From positions 1-64,000 of IMG/VR virus record IMGVR_UViG_3300014914_000004: a stretch of DNA of 64,000 nucleotides, one strand, 5' to 3'. Under the pieces are notes generated by a model. It saw only the letters and a program-made list of their open reading frames with translations, was not told where the DNA came from and did not search any database. Source of the stretch: a virus. A program made the position numbers and the translations under genes. This document shows, piece after piece, positions 17,385-25,119 of this stretch; the first letter of the stretch is position 1, and the number at the start of each line of letters is the position of its first letter.

Positions 17385-17721
17385 CGTAAGGAGGAATATT
17401 GTGTCGCAGAAAAAAATTAAGAAGGACATAAAAGAGCTGGTGGAGAAGCTAGAAGTAAGCGCTCCTCAGCTGCTGGAGATGATTCAACAACAGACTGTTA
17501 CCAACATGCATTTGAAAATCCTGAATGACGCGTTGATACGTGAAGTCATGAAGGGGTTTGATAGCATAACGGAACGGTTGTGTGCTCTCGAAGACAAGGC
17601 CTTTGGAGAGAACAAAGGGGCCTTCAAGCTCGAGGATACATATCAGAAAGAGATGCAGGTCAGTCCGGAAGAGGCTGCAGACCTGCGAGCAAAACTCAAG
17701 AAGTACAAGGAGACATCTTAA
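17377..17721 (+). CDS. coiled-coil hypothetical protein (start may be GTG 17401)
   Basis: AAGGAGG before GTG 17401; TAATG coupling downstream. Confidence 0.7.
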   Translation: MDNVRRNIVSQKKIKKDIKELVEKLEVSAPQLLEMIQQQTVTNMHLKILNDALIREVMKGFDSITERLCALEDKAFGENKGAFKLEDTYQKEMQVSPEEAADLRAKLKKYKETS

Positions 17722-17957
17722 TGTACCGATGTAACTACTGTAAGAAAAGTGCACCACTTAGGCAGTCGAGACTGCTCGTGACGGAGTACCGTCAGGTCGG
17801 AAACGCAGATAACCCACGCAAGGAGATCGCAAAAGAGACTCCTGCGTGCGAGGAATGTCATGCTCGAGAGTCTGCGCTTCCATCTCCCAGCCAGTTGACC
17901 TATAATCTGGAGAGTGTCTTAGGACACGTAGCTGTTACGCTACAGGCCGCAGATTAG
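17721..17957 (+). CDS. zinc-finger protein
   Basis: MYRCNYC...CEEC; TAATG coupling. Confidence 0.7.
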   Translation: MYRCNYCKKSAPLRQSRLLVTEYRQVGNADNPRKEIAKETPACEECHARESALPSPSQLTYNLESVLGHVAVTLQAAD

Positions 17958-17968
17958 AAGGAGAAGCT

Positions 17969-18298
17969 ATGGATCTCAACCGTATATTAGAGGCAGGTAT
18001 TGCTGATTTAGAGAAGCGCGCAGAGGCATTGGCTCCTGAGTCTCCCGATGAGCATCCCTTGGTAACACAGTACCGAGATGTGGTTCGAGGCGGAGAGATC
18101 GGAGGAACGGGACTGGGTGCATTAGGCGGTATAGGTCTTGGTCTGTTGGGACGTAAGGCGTTTGGGCAAGGCGTGATGCTACCATTCCTGGGAGGGTCTC
18201 TAGGAGGCTTGGCAGGTAAGCAGCTGGGACGCTCAGGCGGTGAGCAGGTAGGTGCGAAGATCCTCAGCGAGCAGACGGGGGTTCCTTGGGAAGTGTAG
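17969..18298 (+). CDS. glycine-zipper protein
   Basis: AAGGAG RBS; GxxxG repeats (GGTGLGALGGIGLGLLG, LGGSLGGLAG). Confidence 0.7.
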   Translation: MDLNRILEAGIADLEKRAEALAPESPDEHPLVTQYRDVVRGGEIGGTGLGALGGIGLGLLGRKAFGQGVMLPFLGGSLGGLAGKQLGRSGGEQVGAKILSEQTGVPWEV

Positions 18299-18833
18299 AG
18301 AGCTTACGGTAGAACCATTTCTTGATCTGTTTCTTTAGTACCCATGTCCACAAGTAGCGTGGCCCACTCAGACTGTCGACGTAGTAGTCTATGTTTAGAG
18401 GTAGTCCTATGTACCTCCGTGCCTTACAGGTCTCAAGGTAGGCACTACGTTCAAGACGGTATCTGAACCATGCGAAGCAGATAGGGATAGGGACCAGACA
18501 GTAAAGGAGCAAGAAGACCGCTACCCCCAAGGGAACACACCCCAATCCCAGTTTTCGGTACTGGACTACATGTACGAGCTCGTGCCGCAGTATAGTGTAG
18601 CTCAGCGCAGCGTCGGTTTTGAAGTCCCAGTCTAGCGGGAAGTAGATGCTGGTACCGAAAGTAATTGTGTAGTTCTTCAGGAAGTCACCTGCTTTCCCAA
18701 AGGTGACAATTTTAAACAGGACGGCCAGGAATTTCCAGAATCTATAATACCTCTTTTTAGTGTAGATATTGATGTTGTATTTTTGGCGCGCATCTTTTAT
18801 CAGTGAGTCTAGTAGTTCTGAAGCGTTCTTCAT
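18264..18833 (-). CDS. HExxH zinc metallopeptidase-like membrane protein
   Basis: GGAGGA RBS before ATG 18833; LRHELVHVVQY...LERSAY; hydrophobic segment. Confidence 0.7.
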   Translation of the reverse strand: MKNASELLDSLIKDARQKYNINIYTKKRYYRFWKFLAVLFKIVTFGKAGDFLKNYTITFGTSIYFPLDWDFKTDAALSYTILRHELVHVVQYRKLGLGCVPLGVAVFLLLYCLVPIPICFAWFRYRLERSAYLETCKARRYIGLPLNIDYYVDSLSGPRYLWTWVLKKQIKKWFYRKLSTLPKEPPSAR

Positions 18834-18861
18834 ATGCTGTCCTCCGGTAACCAATTATAGT

Positions 18862-18870
18862 TGGTTTAAG
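18862..18870 (+). promoter_or_regulatory. candidate phage promoter motif TGGTWWAAG
   Basis: TGGTTTAAG 25 nt before the DHH start in a divergent intergenic region. Confidence 0.45.
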
Positions 18871-18895
18871 GGCAGGAATATAGAGAGGAAAAAAC

Positions 18896-19876
18896 ATGTA
18901 TCGAATTTTAATGCACAAGGACAGTGATGGGTACTGTTCTGCAGGTATCGTGTACAGGTACCTGAAGGAAAAAGAAGTGCCGGACACTCAAATTTACTTC
19001 CACGGCATCAACTATGGAATGCCTGTCCCGGAAGAAATCAACTACGAGAAAGACACAGTGTATATGGTGGACTTCTCGCTCCAACCTGCTGATGTGATGT
19101 TGGAGTTTGCGGAGAAACTCGGAGACAGGTTCATACACATTGACCACCATCAATCCTCTGTGGACATGGAGGAGGAAGTCCCTGCATTGCAGCGTGTACC
19201 TGGAATACGCCAAGTACATTATCACGGAGACAAGGAGTCTTCGTTGATCTCCGGGGCAGAGCTGACATGGTTCTACCTCTACCAAAAGCATTCGCACCCT
19301 CCTGCAGTACAGCTTGTTGGTGAGTGGGATACCTGGAGATACACAGGCAAATCTGAAGAGCGCCAAGAGGATGTAACTGCGTTTCAGTACTACCTCCAAA
19401 GCGTGAATTCAAATCCTGCACACAGAGATGGGCGGCGCTTCTGGTACAATATTCTGGGAGGAGCAGGAGATGCTGATCTGAGTATTCCCAGAGAGGGGCT
19501 CACGTCAGGTAGAGCCCTCATGGCCTATCAGCACAAGCAGTGGAAGAGTGTGTTGGGAAACAAAGGCTTTACTGCTGATTTTCAGGGACTCACGGCTGTC
19601 ATGGTGAACCAGCAGGGTAACTCTACGATGTTCAAGGGGTTCTTCGACCCTGAGGAGCACGACATCATGGTAACGTACCAGGAGGTGCATGGAGAGTACC
19701 TCACGGTTAGCATGTACACACCGAAGACGGACATCTTGAATTTGGGGGTTCTCGCCAAGAAGATAGGCGAGGCAGGTGACCGTCCCTCAGGTGGAGGGCA
19801 TGCCGGCGCAGCTGGATTCCAATGCGGCTGGGAGTACTTCAAGACGCTGTACGACGTAATAGGTAATTTCGGGTAG
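18896..19876 (+). CDS. DHH/DHHA1 phosphoesterase (NrnB-like oligoribonuclease family)
   Basis: HKDSDG, MVDFS, IDHH, C-terminal GGGHAGAAGF. Confidence 0.9.
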   Translation: MYRILMHKDSDGYCSAGIVYRYLKEKEVPDTQIYFHGINYGMPVPEEINYEKDTVYMVDFSLQPADVMLEFAEKLGDRFIHIDHHQSSVDMEEEVPALQRVPGIRQVHYHGDKESSLISGAELTWFYLYQKHSHPPAVQLVGEWDTWRYTGKSEERQEDVTAFQYYLQSVNSNPAHRDGRRFWYNILGGAGDADLSIPREGLTSGRALMAYQHKQWKSVLGNKGFTADFQGLTAVMVNQQGNSTMFKGFFDPEEHDIMVTYQEVHGEYLTVSMYTPKTDILNLGVLAKKIGEAGDRPSGGGHAGAAGFQCGWEYFKTLYDVIGNFG

Positions 19877-19888
19877 AAAAAATAAGTA

Positions 19889-19970
19889 AGTAATACCCTC
19901 CCCCTAAGACTGAGGCGCTATCCATAAAAATGGCTGCCGGTGAAGTTTAGAAAAGGGGGAGGGGGTTACT
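19889..19970. other. ~80-nt rod-like inverted repeat between convergent genes
   Basis: AGTAAT-CCCTCCCCC...GGGGGAGGG-GTTACT outer stem; inner CCAT-AAAA-ATGG hairpin. Confidence 0.55.
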
Positions 19971-20298
19971 CGTCTTCTTTGTCCTGTGGGAGCAGGTCTT
20001 TTATTTTGGTTGGAGCAGTAGCTACGTTACCTACTAGCGCAAAGCCTCTTACTGCAATATCTGCTGCAGCCTGTTTCCCCATGAACCACATCGTAGATAC
20101 TCCCATCATAAAGACGATGCCCACCATGAACGCAGAGAGTTGCCAGCCCATTTCAGGCTGCTTGATGAGGGCAGTGACGGCCATCCCTGTCATTAGCAGT
20201 TGCTGTATGAGCCATGCCATAAATTTCTTACTTACGAGAGGGTGCTTCTCCACCTGGCTGAGAAGTGTCTTCTTGTGTTCAAACTCTTTGTCAGTCAT
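19966..20298 (-). CDS. two-TM membrane protein, holin-like
   Basis: SKKF followed by two hydrophobic helices, G.QAAAD and a charged C-terminus. Confidence 0.55.
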   Translation of the reverse strand: MTDKEFEHKKTLLSQVEKHPLVSKKFMAWLIQQLLMTGMAVTALIKQPEMGWQLSAFMVGIVFMMGVSTMWFMGKQAAADIAVRGFALVGNVATAPTKIKDLLPQDKEDE

Positions 20299-20977
20299 CA
20301 GAAACTTCTTTCCGGCGCATTAATTTCTCAGCGATCTCCTGCCGAGTTTTGCGCACGATAGTACGCCCCTTGCACTCGTTACATTTCAAGTCCACCTGCT
20401 CGACCTTACCTTCTTCTTCATCTATTTGATAAGAGCGTCCTTCGGTATTCAACCCGAACTTCTCTACAGCGATGCCCCACCGTTTGGCAGTAAGCTCGTG
20501 GAGCTGCCTGATCTTGTCTCCGAGTTGAGTGTTAAGCTCTTCAATCTCAGTTTGTACCTTGTGCAGGTTGTTGTGTGCTTTGCTCAGGTCCTCATCTTCC
20601 GCAAAGATTGCTGCGGTGCGAGTACTCAAGTGCTGAATGCACGTCTTTTCTGCTCGGAAGCTTCGGGCTATCGCCAATGCCAAAGCCTCAATGAGATCGT
20701 CTTCCCCCTCTTCTACGAGAGGCATCTCCATGACCTTAGTCATCAGCTCTTCTAAGCGTTTAGCATCGTTGGCCAGCTCACACCCTACCAGACCACGGAG
20801 GATCTTGTTCCCCTGAGGGCCAGGGGGGAGAGGGTTGAATCTGGAGCGATCCTGAGGCTTCTCCGCACCTGGAGGCCCTTGCTGTTGCGCCGCATGTTGC
20901 ATTTGCTGCATTGCATGCGGAGGGATTGCTCCGGGGGGTGGCATCATTGGTAGTCCTTCACGGTTAGATTTTCTCAT
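20291..20977 (-). CDS. coiled-coil protein with Pro/Gln-rich N-terminus
   Basis: Composition; GGAGG RBS; overlap-coupled. Confidence 0.7.
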   Translation of the reverse strand: MRKSNREGLPMMPPPGAIPPHAMQQMQHAAQQQGPPGAEKPQDRSRFNPLPPGPQGNKILRGLVGCELANDAKRLEELMTKVMEMPLVEEGEDDLIEALALAIARSFRAEKTCIQHLSTRTAAIFAEDEDLSKAHNNLHKVQTEIEELNTQLGDKIRQLHELTAKRWGIAVEKFGLNTEGRSYQIDEEEGKVEQVDLKCNECKGRTIVRKTRQEIAEKLMRRKEVSDD

Positions 20978-21383
20978 CTGCGTCCTCCACTGCGGTCAGT
21001 AAGACCTTTTCATAGATAGTATGGTCCTCACTACTAAATAAGGGAGTAGTGTGTTCTATTATAAAAGAAGTGTCTGTAACTATTATGTCTTTCGCGTAAG
21101 AGTAAGGGGACCATCCGTAGTACTCGTTGAATACAAGAGCAGTGATGTGCTTCTGGATTCCTCGAACTCTAATACGCATCTTAGGAAACAAGGGGATAAC
21201 CGTAGTAGTTCTACCGAGTGACCATTTACGGCTGACATTCTCTACTTTAGATGTACCTTCAGTCAGACCTACGATAGTGCCTTGAGGTCCTATAACCTGG
21301 ATGATTATGGACTCACCTAAGGGCGTGTCGTCAGGTGCCTCGAAGATCTCTCCTGGGAGTGGGTCTATGGGGGGGGTTAACAT
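20964..21383 (-). CDS. hypothetical protein
   Basis: GGAGG RBS; coupled. Confidence 0.7.
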   Translation of the reverse strand: MLTPPIDPLPGEIFEAPDDTPLGESIIIQVIGPQGTIVGLTEGTSKVENVSRKWSLGRTTTVIPLFPKMRIRVRGIQKHITALVFNEYYGWSPYSYAKDIIVTDTSFIIEHTTPLFSSEDHTIYEKVLLTAVEDADEKI

Positions 21384-21976
21384 CGGTCATCCTCCAGCTG
21401 TACGAGAATGTCGTCGACCTTTGCATACAAGTCGTCTAGTGACCCGTCATTCTTAATTGTAGTGTGTAGAAGCGTAAGTGGGATCTCGTTGACAGCCAGC
21501 TCACTAGGGTGGTTGGCTGCGTCTTTGTCGAAGGTATGCGCGTAGTTGTCTGGGCGCTCTACTTTAATCGTACATCCGAGCAGGTCATCCCGGATTGCGA
21601 TAGCCTCATTTTGAAAGCGCACGTCAGTCACTACTATAGAAGCGTCTTTACAGGTACAGGGCAGTAGTCCGAGAGGGTCGATGCCTGTCTCACGAAAAAT
21701 AAGGATTCGCTGCAGGAGGTGGTGAACCCACACATCAGGGTCATGCTTTCGGGCCACGTTAGTTCCAAGCTCTTGTAGTAGTTTGCGCGCAACGGGAGAA
21801 CGTTCTTCGCTAGGACCCCACAACTCATCTTTGGTCATTGTACCTGGGAACATCTGGAGGATGAAGTATTTCAGTTGATCCGCGAAGGCCATTGTGATGC
21901 CTTCCCACCTATCGCAAATAATGTCTCCTACGGTATTCTTCCCTGAGTTGATCTGGCCTGCGATACCTATGATCAT
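21377..21976 (-). CDS. deoxynucleoside monophosphate kinase (T4 gp1-like)
   Basis: IIGIAGQINSGKNT, AFADQLK, RKLLQELGT, VTDVRFQNE, HPSE, IKNDGSLDDL. Confidence 0.9.
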   Translation of the reverse strand: MIIGIAGQINSGKNTVGDIICDRWEGITMAFADQLKYFILQMFPGTMTKDELWGPSEERSPVARKLLQELGTNVARKHDPDVWVHHLLQRILIFRETGIDPLGLLPCTCKDASIVVTDVRFQNEAIAIRDDLLGCTIKVERPDNYAHTFDKDAANHPSELAVNEIPLTLLHTTIKNDGSLDDLYAKVDDILVQLEDDRC

Positions 21977-22276
21977 TGCTTCTCTTCTTTCTCTTCAGGG
22001 AGATCGATAGGGTCTGAAATGTCTACTTGCTCCTGTGACGTATGCAGGATGATGTCATCAATATTGATCAGGAGGCTCCGCTTACCTGCGTGGTTTACGG
22101 CGTATACGGGTATCTTGCCGGCATCAACTTCAAGGTCAATGCTGATACGGCTATCTGTAGTGGGAGGCAGACTCTCTTCCCAGGCTCCATCTGCCATCAG
22201 GATGCCTCCTGAGTTAGTCTCGATGTACCCAACAAGGGTAGGCTTCTCAGTGAATATGTCAGTGCTATTCTGCATC
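21973..22276 (-). CDS. hypothetical protein
   Basis: AGGAG RBS before MQNSTD. Confidence 0.65.
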
Positions 22277-22337
22277 TTAATGCTCCTGTGCGTGGTTGAA
22301 TATGACGGTAACAGAGATTGCATTAATTAGAAAGAGC

Positions 22338-22369
22338 AAAAAAAAGAGCCCCTACAAATGTAGAGGCTC
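22338..22369 (-). terminator. intrinsic terminator
   Basis: GAGCCTCTAC-ATTT-GTAGGGGCTC-T8 on the - strand. Confidence 0.85.
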
Positions 22370-22374
22370 CTCCC

Positions 22375-22497
22375 ATCACTGACTGATTTTAGCACTGTTG
22401 CTCGCGGGCCCAGAGCTGGCAGTGGCGCCCCCCGCGGAGCGGGGAGAAACCTGTGGTGCGTAGTTACTACGCGGCTTCCAGGGAAGTACTCAGTGAT
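22375..22497. ncRNA. candidate GC-rich multi-stem ncRNA (strand unresolved)
   Basis: Closing helix ATCACTGA/TCAGTGAT enclosing three hairpins; no credible ORF. Confidence 0.55.
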
Positions 22498-23339
22498 TAT
22501 TTGTATCTTAGATGTCTGACTTCGGGAAAGGCGCTCATAATTCCGCGCATTATTTTGCGGTAATACCATTGATGTTGTTTAGATCCGGGCCAATGGTAGG
22601 ACGGTCTGCGTGTGTTATACATTTTTCCACGGTAAGTCATGGCTTCAAATACCTTAGTGATGCCAGGGGTGAGTGTGAGATACGCACGGATTTCATCCCA
22701 TGACATGTCCCCAAGGTACACAACTATCTGCCCAGGTCCCAGGTCGGCTTTCCTGCGCTTGAACCCTTTGTGCTGAATCGCTTTCTGTATCTCAGGTAAG
22801 CTATGGCTCAGGGTGTTAGGTTTGCGGACTAAGATGCCTTTCTTGTAAGCGTATATGCGAGGGTAGGGACCTACGGCACAGCGGTCGAGCCGAGATTCGT
22901 TCTGCATGATTCCGAGAGCTTCTCGAATGTCATGCTTCACAAGCTTCTTGTTGCGTAGCTGGTACTCAGGGATAGCGTCATGAGCGTCATTTATTGCGAC
23001 GGCCCAATCGAGTGCGGCACCCTCCAGCTCATCTTGTTTGTATTTCACCCCACACTCGAACCAGATGCCATGGCTCTTTAGCTTAAGGATCCTTCTGGCC
23101 AGTTCAACGTCATCTGCGTTAAATTCCGGGAGAGGGGCAGCTTCGACCAGAACAGTTGGTTCCAAGTCTGGGGTAGGTGTTGGGGTTGGTTCAGATTCTT
23201 CTGGAACAGTTTCAGTTGCAGGTACCTCTGTCTCTGCTGTAATGTTTTCAGGCTGCACGTCGACTGCAGGGTTTAAGGCAGCCACGTGGATGAAACCTCC
23301 CAGCAGTAGGCCTACGGACAAAAGAATTACAGTACGCAT
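22497..23339 (-). CDS. exported lysozyme-fold/transglycosylase-like protein
   Basis: Hydrophobic signal peptide, P/T/E linker, MQNESRL catalytic ES-like motif, DLGPGQI. Confidence 0.55.
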   Translation of the reverse strand: MRTVILLSVGLLLGGFIHVAALNPAVDVQPENITAETEVPATETVPEESEPTPTPTPDLEPTVLVEAAPLPEFNADDVELARRILKLKSHGIWFECGVKYKQDELEGAALDWAVAINDAHDAIPEYQLRNKKLVKHDIREALGIMQNESRLDRCAVGPYPRIYAYKKGILVRKPNTLSHSLPEIQKAIQHKGFKRRKADLGPGQIVVYLGDMSWDEIRAYLTLTPGITKVFEAMTYRGKMYNTRRPSYHWPGSKQHQWYYRKIMRGIMSAFPEVRHLRYK

Positions 23340-23407
23340 GCATTAAACCTCCAAGGTTTGATAAGGGTCTGTACTTATCGAGTAAGTAATTATAGGAGAT
23401 AAGGGCT

Positions 23408-23764
23408 TCAGACGTTCTTCTTGAAGTGATCCCAGACCTCTGCGGTGATCTGGTCGAAGGCCTTTTTGCCTCCCTGCTCTTCTGGAAAGAAGTGTCTGTT
23501 GTTGCAGTTTTCCAGATAAACAGCTGCGATTACCTCTTCCGGGCTAAGCCCGTGGTCCCTGCTGTAGATTTTGAGGTAGGTATTCAGCGCTTCAGTGCAG
23601 CGCCCTACGCTCTTAAAGAAGTCTGTTCTGCGAGCCTTTTCCATGGCGGCGTCCACTTTTTCGGGATCCTGCTTGGACCCTTCGTGCTTCACAGCCTCAG
23701 TTTTTACCCAGCCTCCCTCACCGTCAGGAAGGTCGATTGTTGTTGTAGCTGGTTTCTTTTCCAT
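23408..23764 (-). CDS. hypothetical protein
   Basis: TAATG-coupled in the - strand operon. Confidence 0.7.
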   Translation of the reverse strand: MEKKPATTTIDLPDGEGGWVKTEAVKHEGSKQDPEKVDAAMEKARRTDFFKSVGRCTEALNTYLKIYSRDHGLSPEEVIAAVYLENCNNRHFFPEEQGGKKAFDQITAEVWDHFKKNV

Positions 23765-24009
23765 TACTGATCCTTCCGATGTGCACAGTTAGGGACGATC
23801 TGGTCTGTGCGCACTATCTTCGCCTGTATCATTGCGTTGGGAGTATCTTTTATCTTTGCTCCGGGAGGGTACACGTGCTTCCCTACCCTGTTAGAAGGGA
23901 AGACAGTTAGCGCTAAACAGTACGCCTGTTTCAGCTGCTTCACTTTGCCTCCTCGCAGCCCTTTAACCAGGGGCCAGAAGTGTCCACATGTCTCACATGT
24001 CTTAACCAT
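23764..24009 (-). CDS. small Cys-rich basic protein
   Basis: CETCGHF...YC...NC. Confidence 0.7.
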   Translation of the reverse strand: MVKTCETCGHFWPLVKGLRGGKVKQLKQAYCLALTVFPSNRVGKHVYPPGAKIKDTPNAMIQAKIVRTDQIVPNCAHRKDQ

Positions 24010-24479
24010 TACTCTCTCCTGTAAATATGTACCTTGTGCTTTGTCAGTATCTCGGCAACAGGCAGTATAGACAAGACGTGCCCGATGCGCCGAAAGACTG
24101 CAGTTTCAGTTTTATCATCTTTTCCGGTGTAGACACAAATGCTTCCGTTAGACCTCGCAAGGATCATCTCATCCTCTGCGGCGGAGATTTGGGAGTGTGC
24201 CTCTACAATTCGAATGCCGTTACGCTTAAGTGCCTGCTCGTGCTCACGGTTAACGGCGTAAAGCAACGAGACCAGACGGTCGGCTGCTTCACTGATCATG
24301 GTTACTCCTGTGAGTACGAGGACGTAGGTATCTCCGTCCAGCGTAGCCTTTGGCTCTATCACGACACCTGACTCGGTATCCGCGGAGTCAAAGGCTGACT
24401 GGAAATCAGGCTTCTTCTTTTTCTTTTTCTTCTTCTTAGATATGAAGGGGTTGAATACGCCTGTGGGGTCGCCCATCAT
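24009..24479 (-). CDS. hypothetical protein with poly-Lys tract
   Basis: SKKKKKKKKKPDF; coupled. Confidence 0.7.
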   Translation of the reverse strand: MMGDPTGVFNPFISKKKKKKKKKPDFQSAFDSADTESGVVIEPKATLDGDTYVLVLTGVTMISEAADRLVSLLYAVNREHEQALKRNGIRIVEAHSQISAAEDEMILARSNGSICVYTGKDDKTETAVFRRIGHVLSILPVAEILTKHKVHIYRRE

Positions 24480-24724
24480 TCTACTCCGGTCTTCACGTCT
24501 CTAAGGTAAGGGTCGGTACACTCAATGTGTGCCACCTCGAACTCATCACGCATCATGTACGCCCCTACTGCCTGCAGGTTAGTAGGATGTCTCCCTACCC
24601 GCTCCACTATGTACACGAATTGCGTTCGGTGCCCAGGTTTTAGTTTCTTACGACAACGGACACAAGTGTCGGAGTACGTGCGTGCACTCATCTCGTCTTT
24701 GGTTGCTGCGGTGTTATCTGCCAT
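24476..24724 (-). CDS. zinc-finger protein
   Basis: CVRC...HIEC. Confidence 0.7.
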   Translation of the reverse strand: MADNTAATKDEMSARTYSDTCVRCRKKLKPGHRTQFVYIVERVGRHPTNLQAVGAYMMRDEFEVAHIECTDPYLRDVKTGVE

Positions 24725-25100
24725 GAGGAGCCATCCATTCTGTTAAGGCGCGCTTGGCGGCAGTAAGGAGCCAGTGAGTCCGGACAGCCTCATGAGGGTA
24801 TTTGAATGTGTATCCGGGATACTTAAGAGGTGTTAGCAGTTGTAGGGGAGCGTCTCCGTTCACGGGATTGAGTATCTTTTCCTTCATAAAGAGTTTCTCG
24901 GTTACCCGCATGAGTGCCGCATCTACTGCGGCTTCTATGTGGGTATTTTGCGTGAGAACCAGGGCAGGCAACTTGTCGCGCATGAAACTGCGGGACATAG
25001 CGTGGGTACTAAAGTGGGGCTTAACGTCGGTAGGCCAGCATACTGCTGAGACGATTACCGGGGAGTCTTCGTGTATTGCCAGCCCCACAGTGTACCGCAT
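24714..25100 (-). CDS. hypothetical protein
   Basis: AAGGAG upstream of MRYTVG. Confidence 0.6.
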   Translation of the reverse strand: MRYTVGLAIHEDSPVIVSAVCWPTDVKPHFSTHAMSRSFMRDKLPALVLTQNTHIEAAVDAALMRVTEKLFMKEKILNPVNGDAPLQLLTPLKYPGYTFKYPHEAVRTHWLLTAAKRALTEWMAPHGR

Positions 25101-25119
25101 AACGCCAGAGTCTCCTTGT

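Noticed and set aside
22375-22497. tRNA, hammerhead ribozyme, SAM-I or cobalamin riboswitch
   Set aside because: No GUUC T-loop or CCA end. CUGACUGA/GAAAC lack a proper hammerhead stem III and cleavage site. GCAAC-A-GUGCUAA and GCCACUG fragments lack the surrounding conserved architecture.
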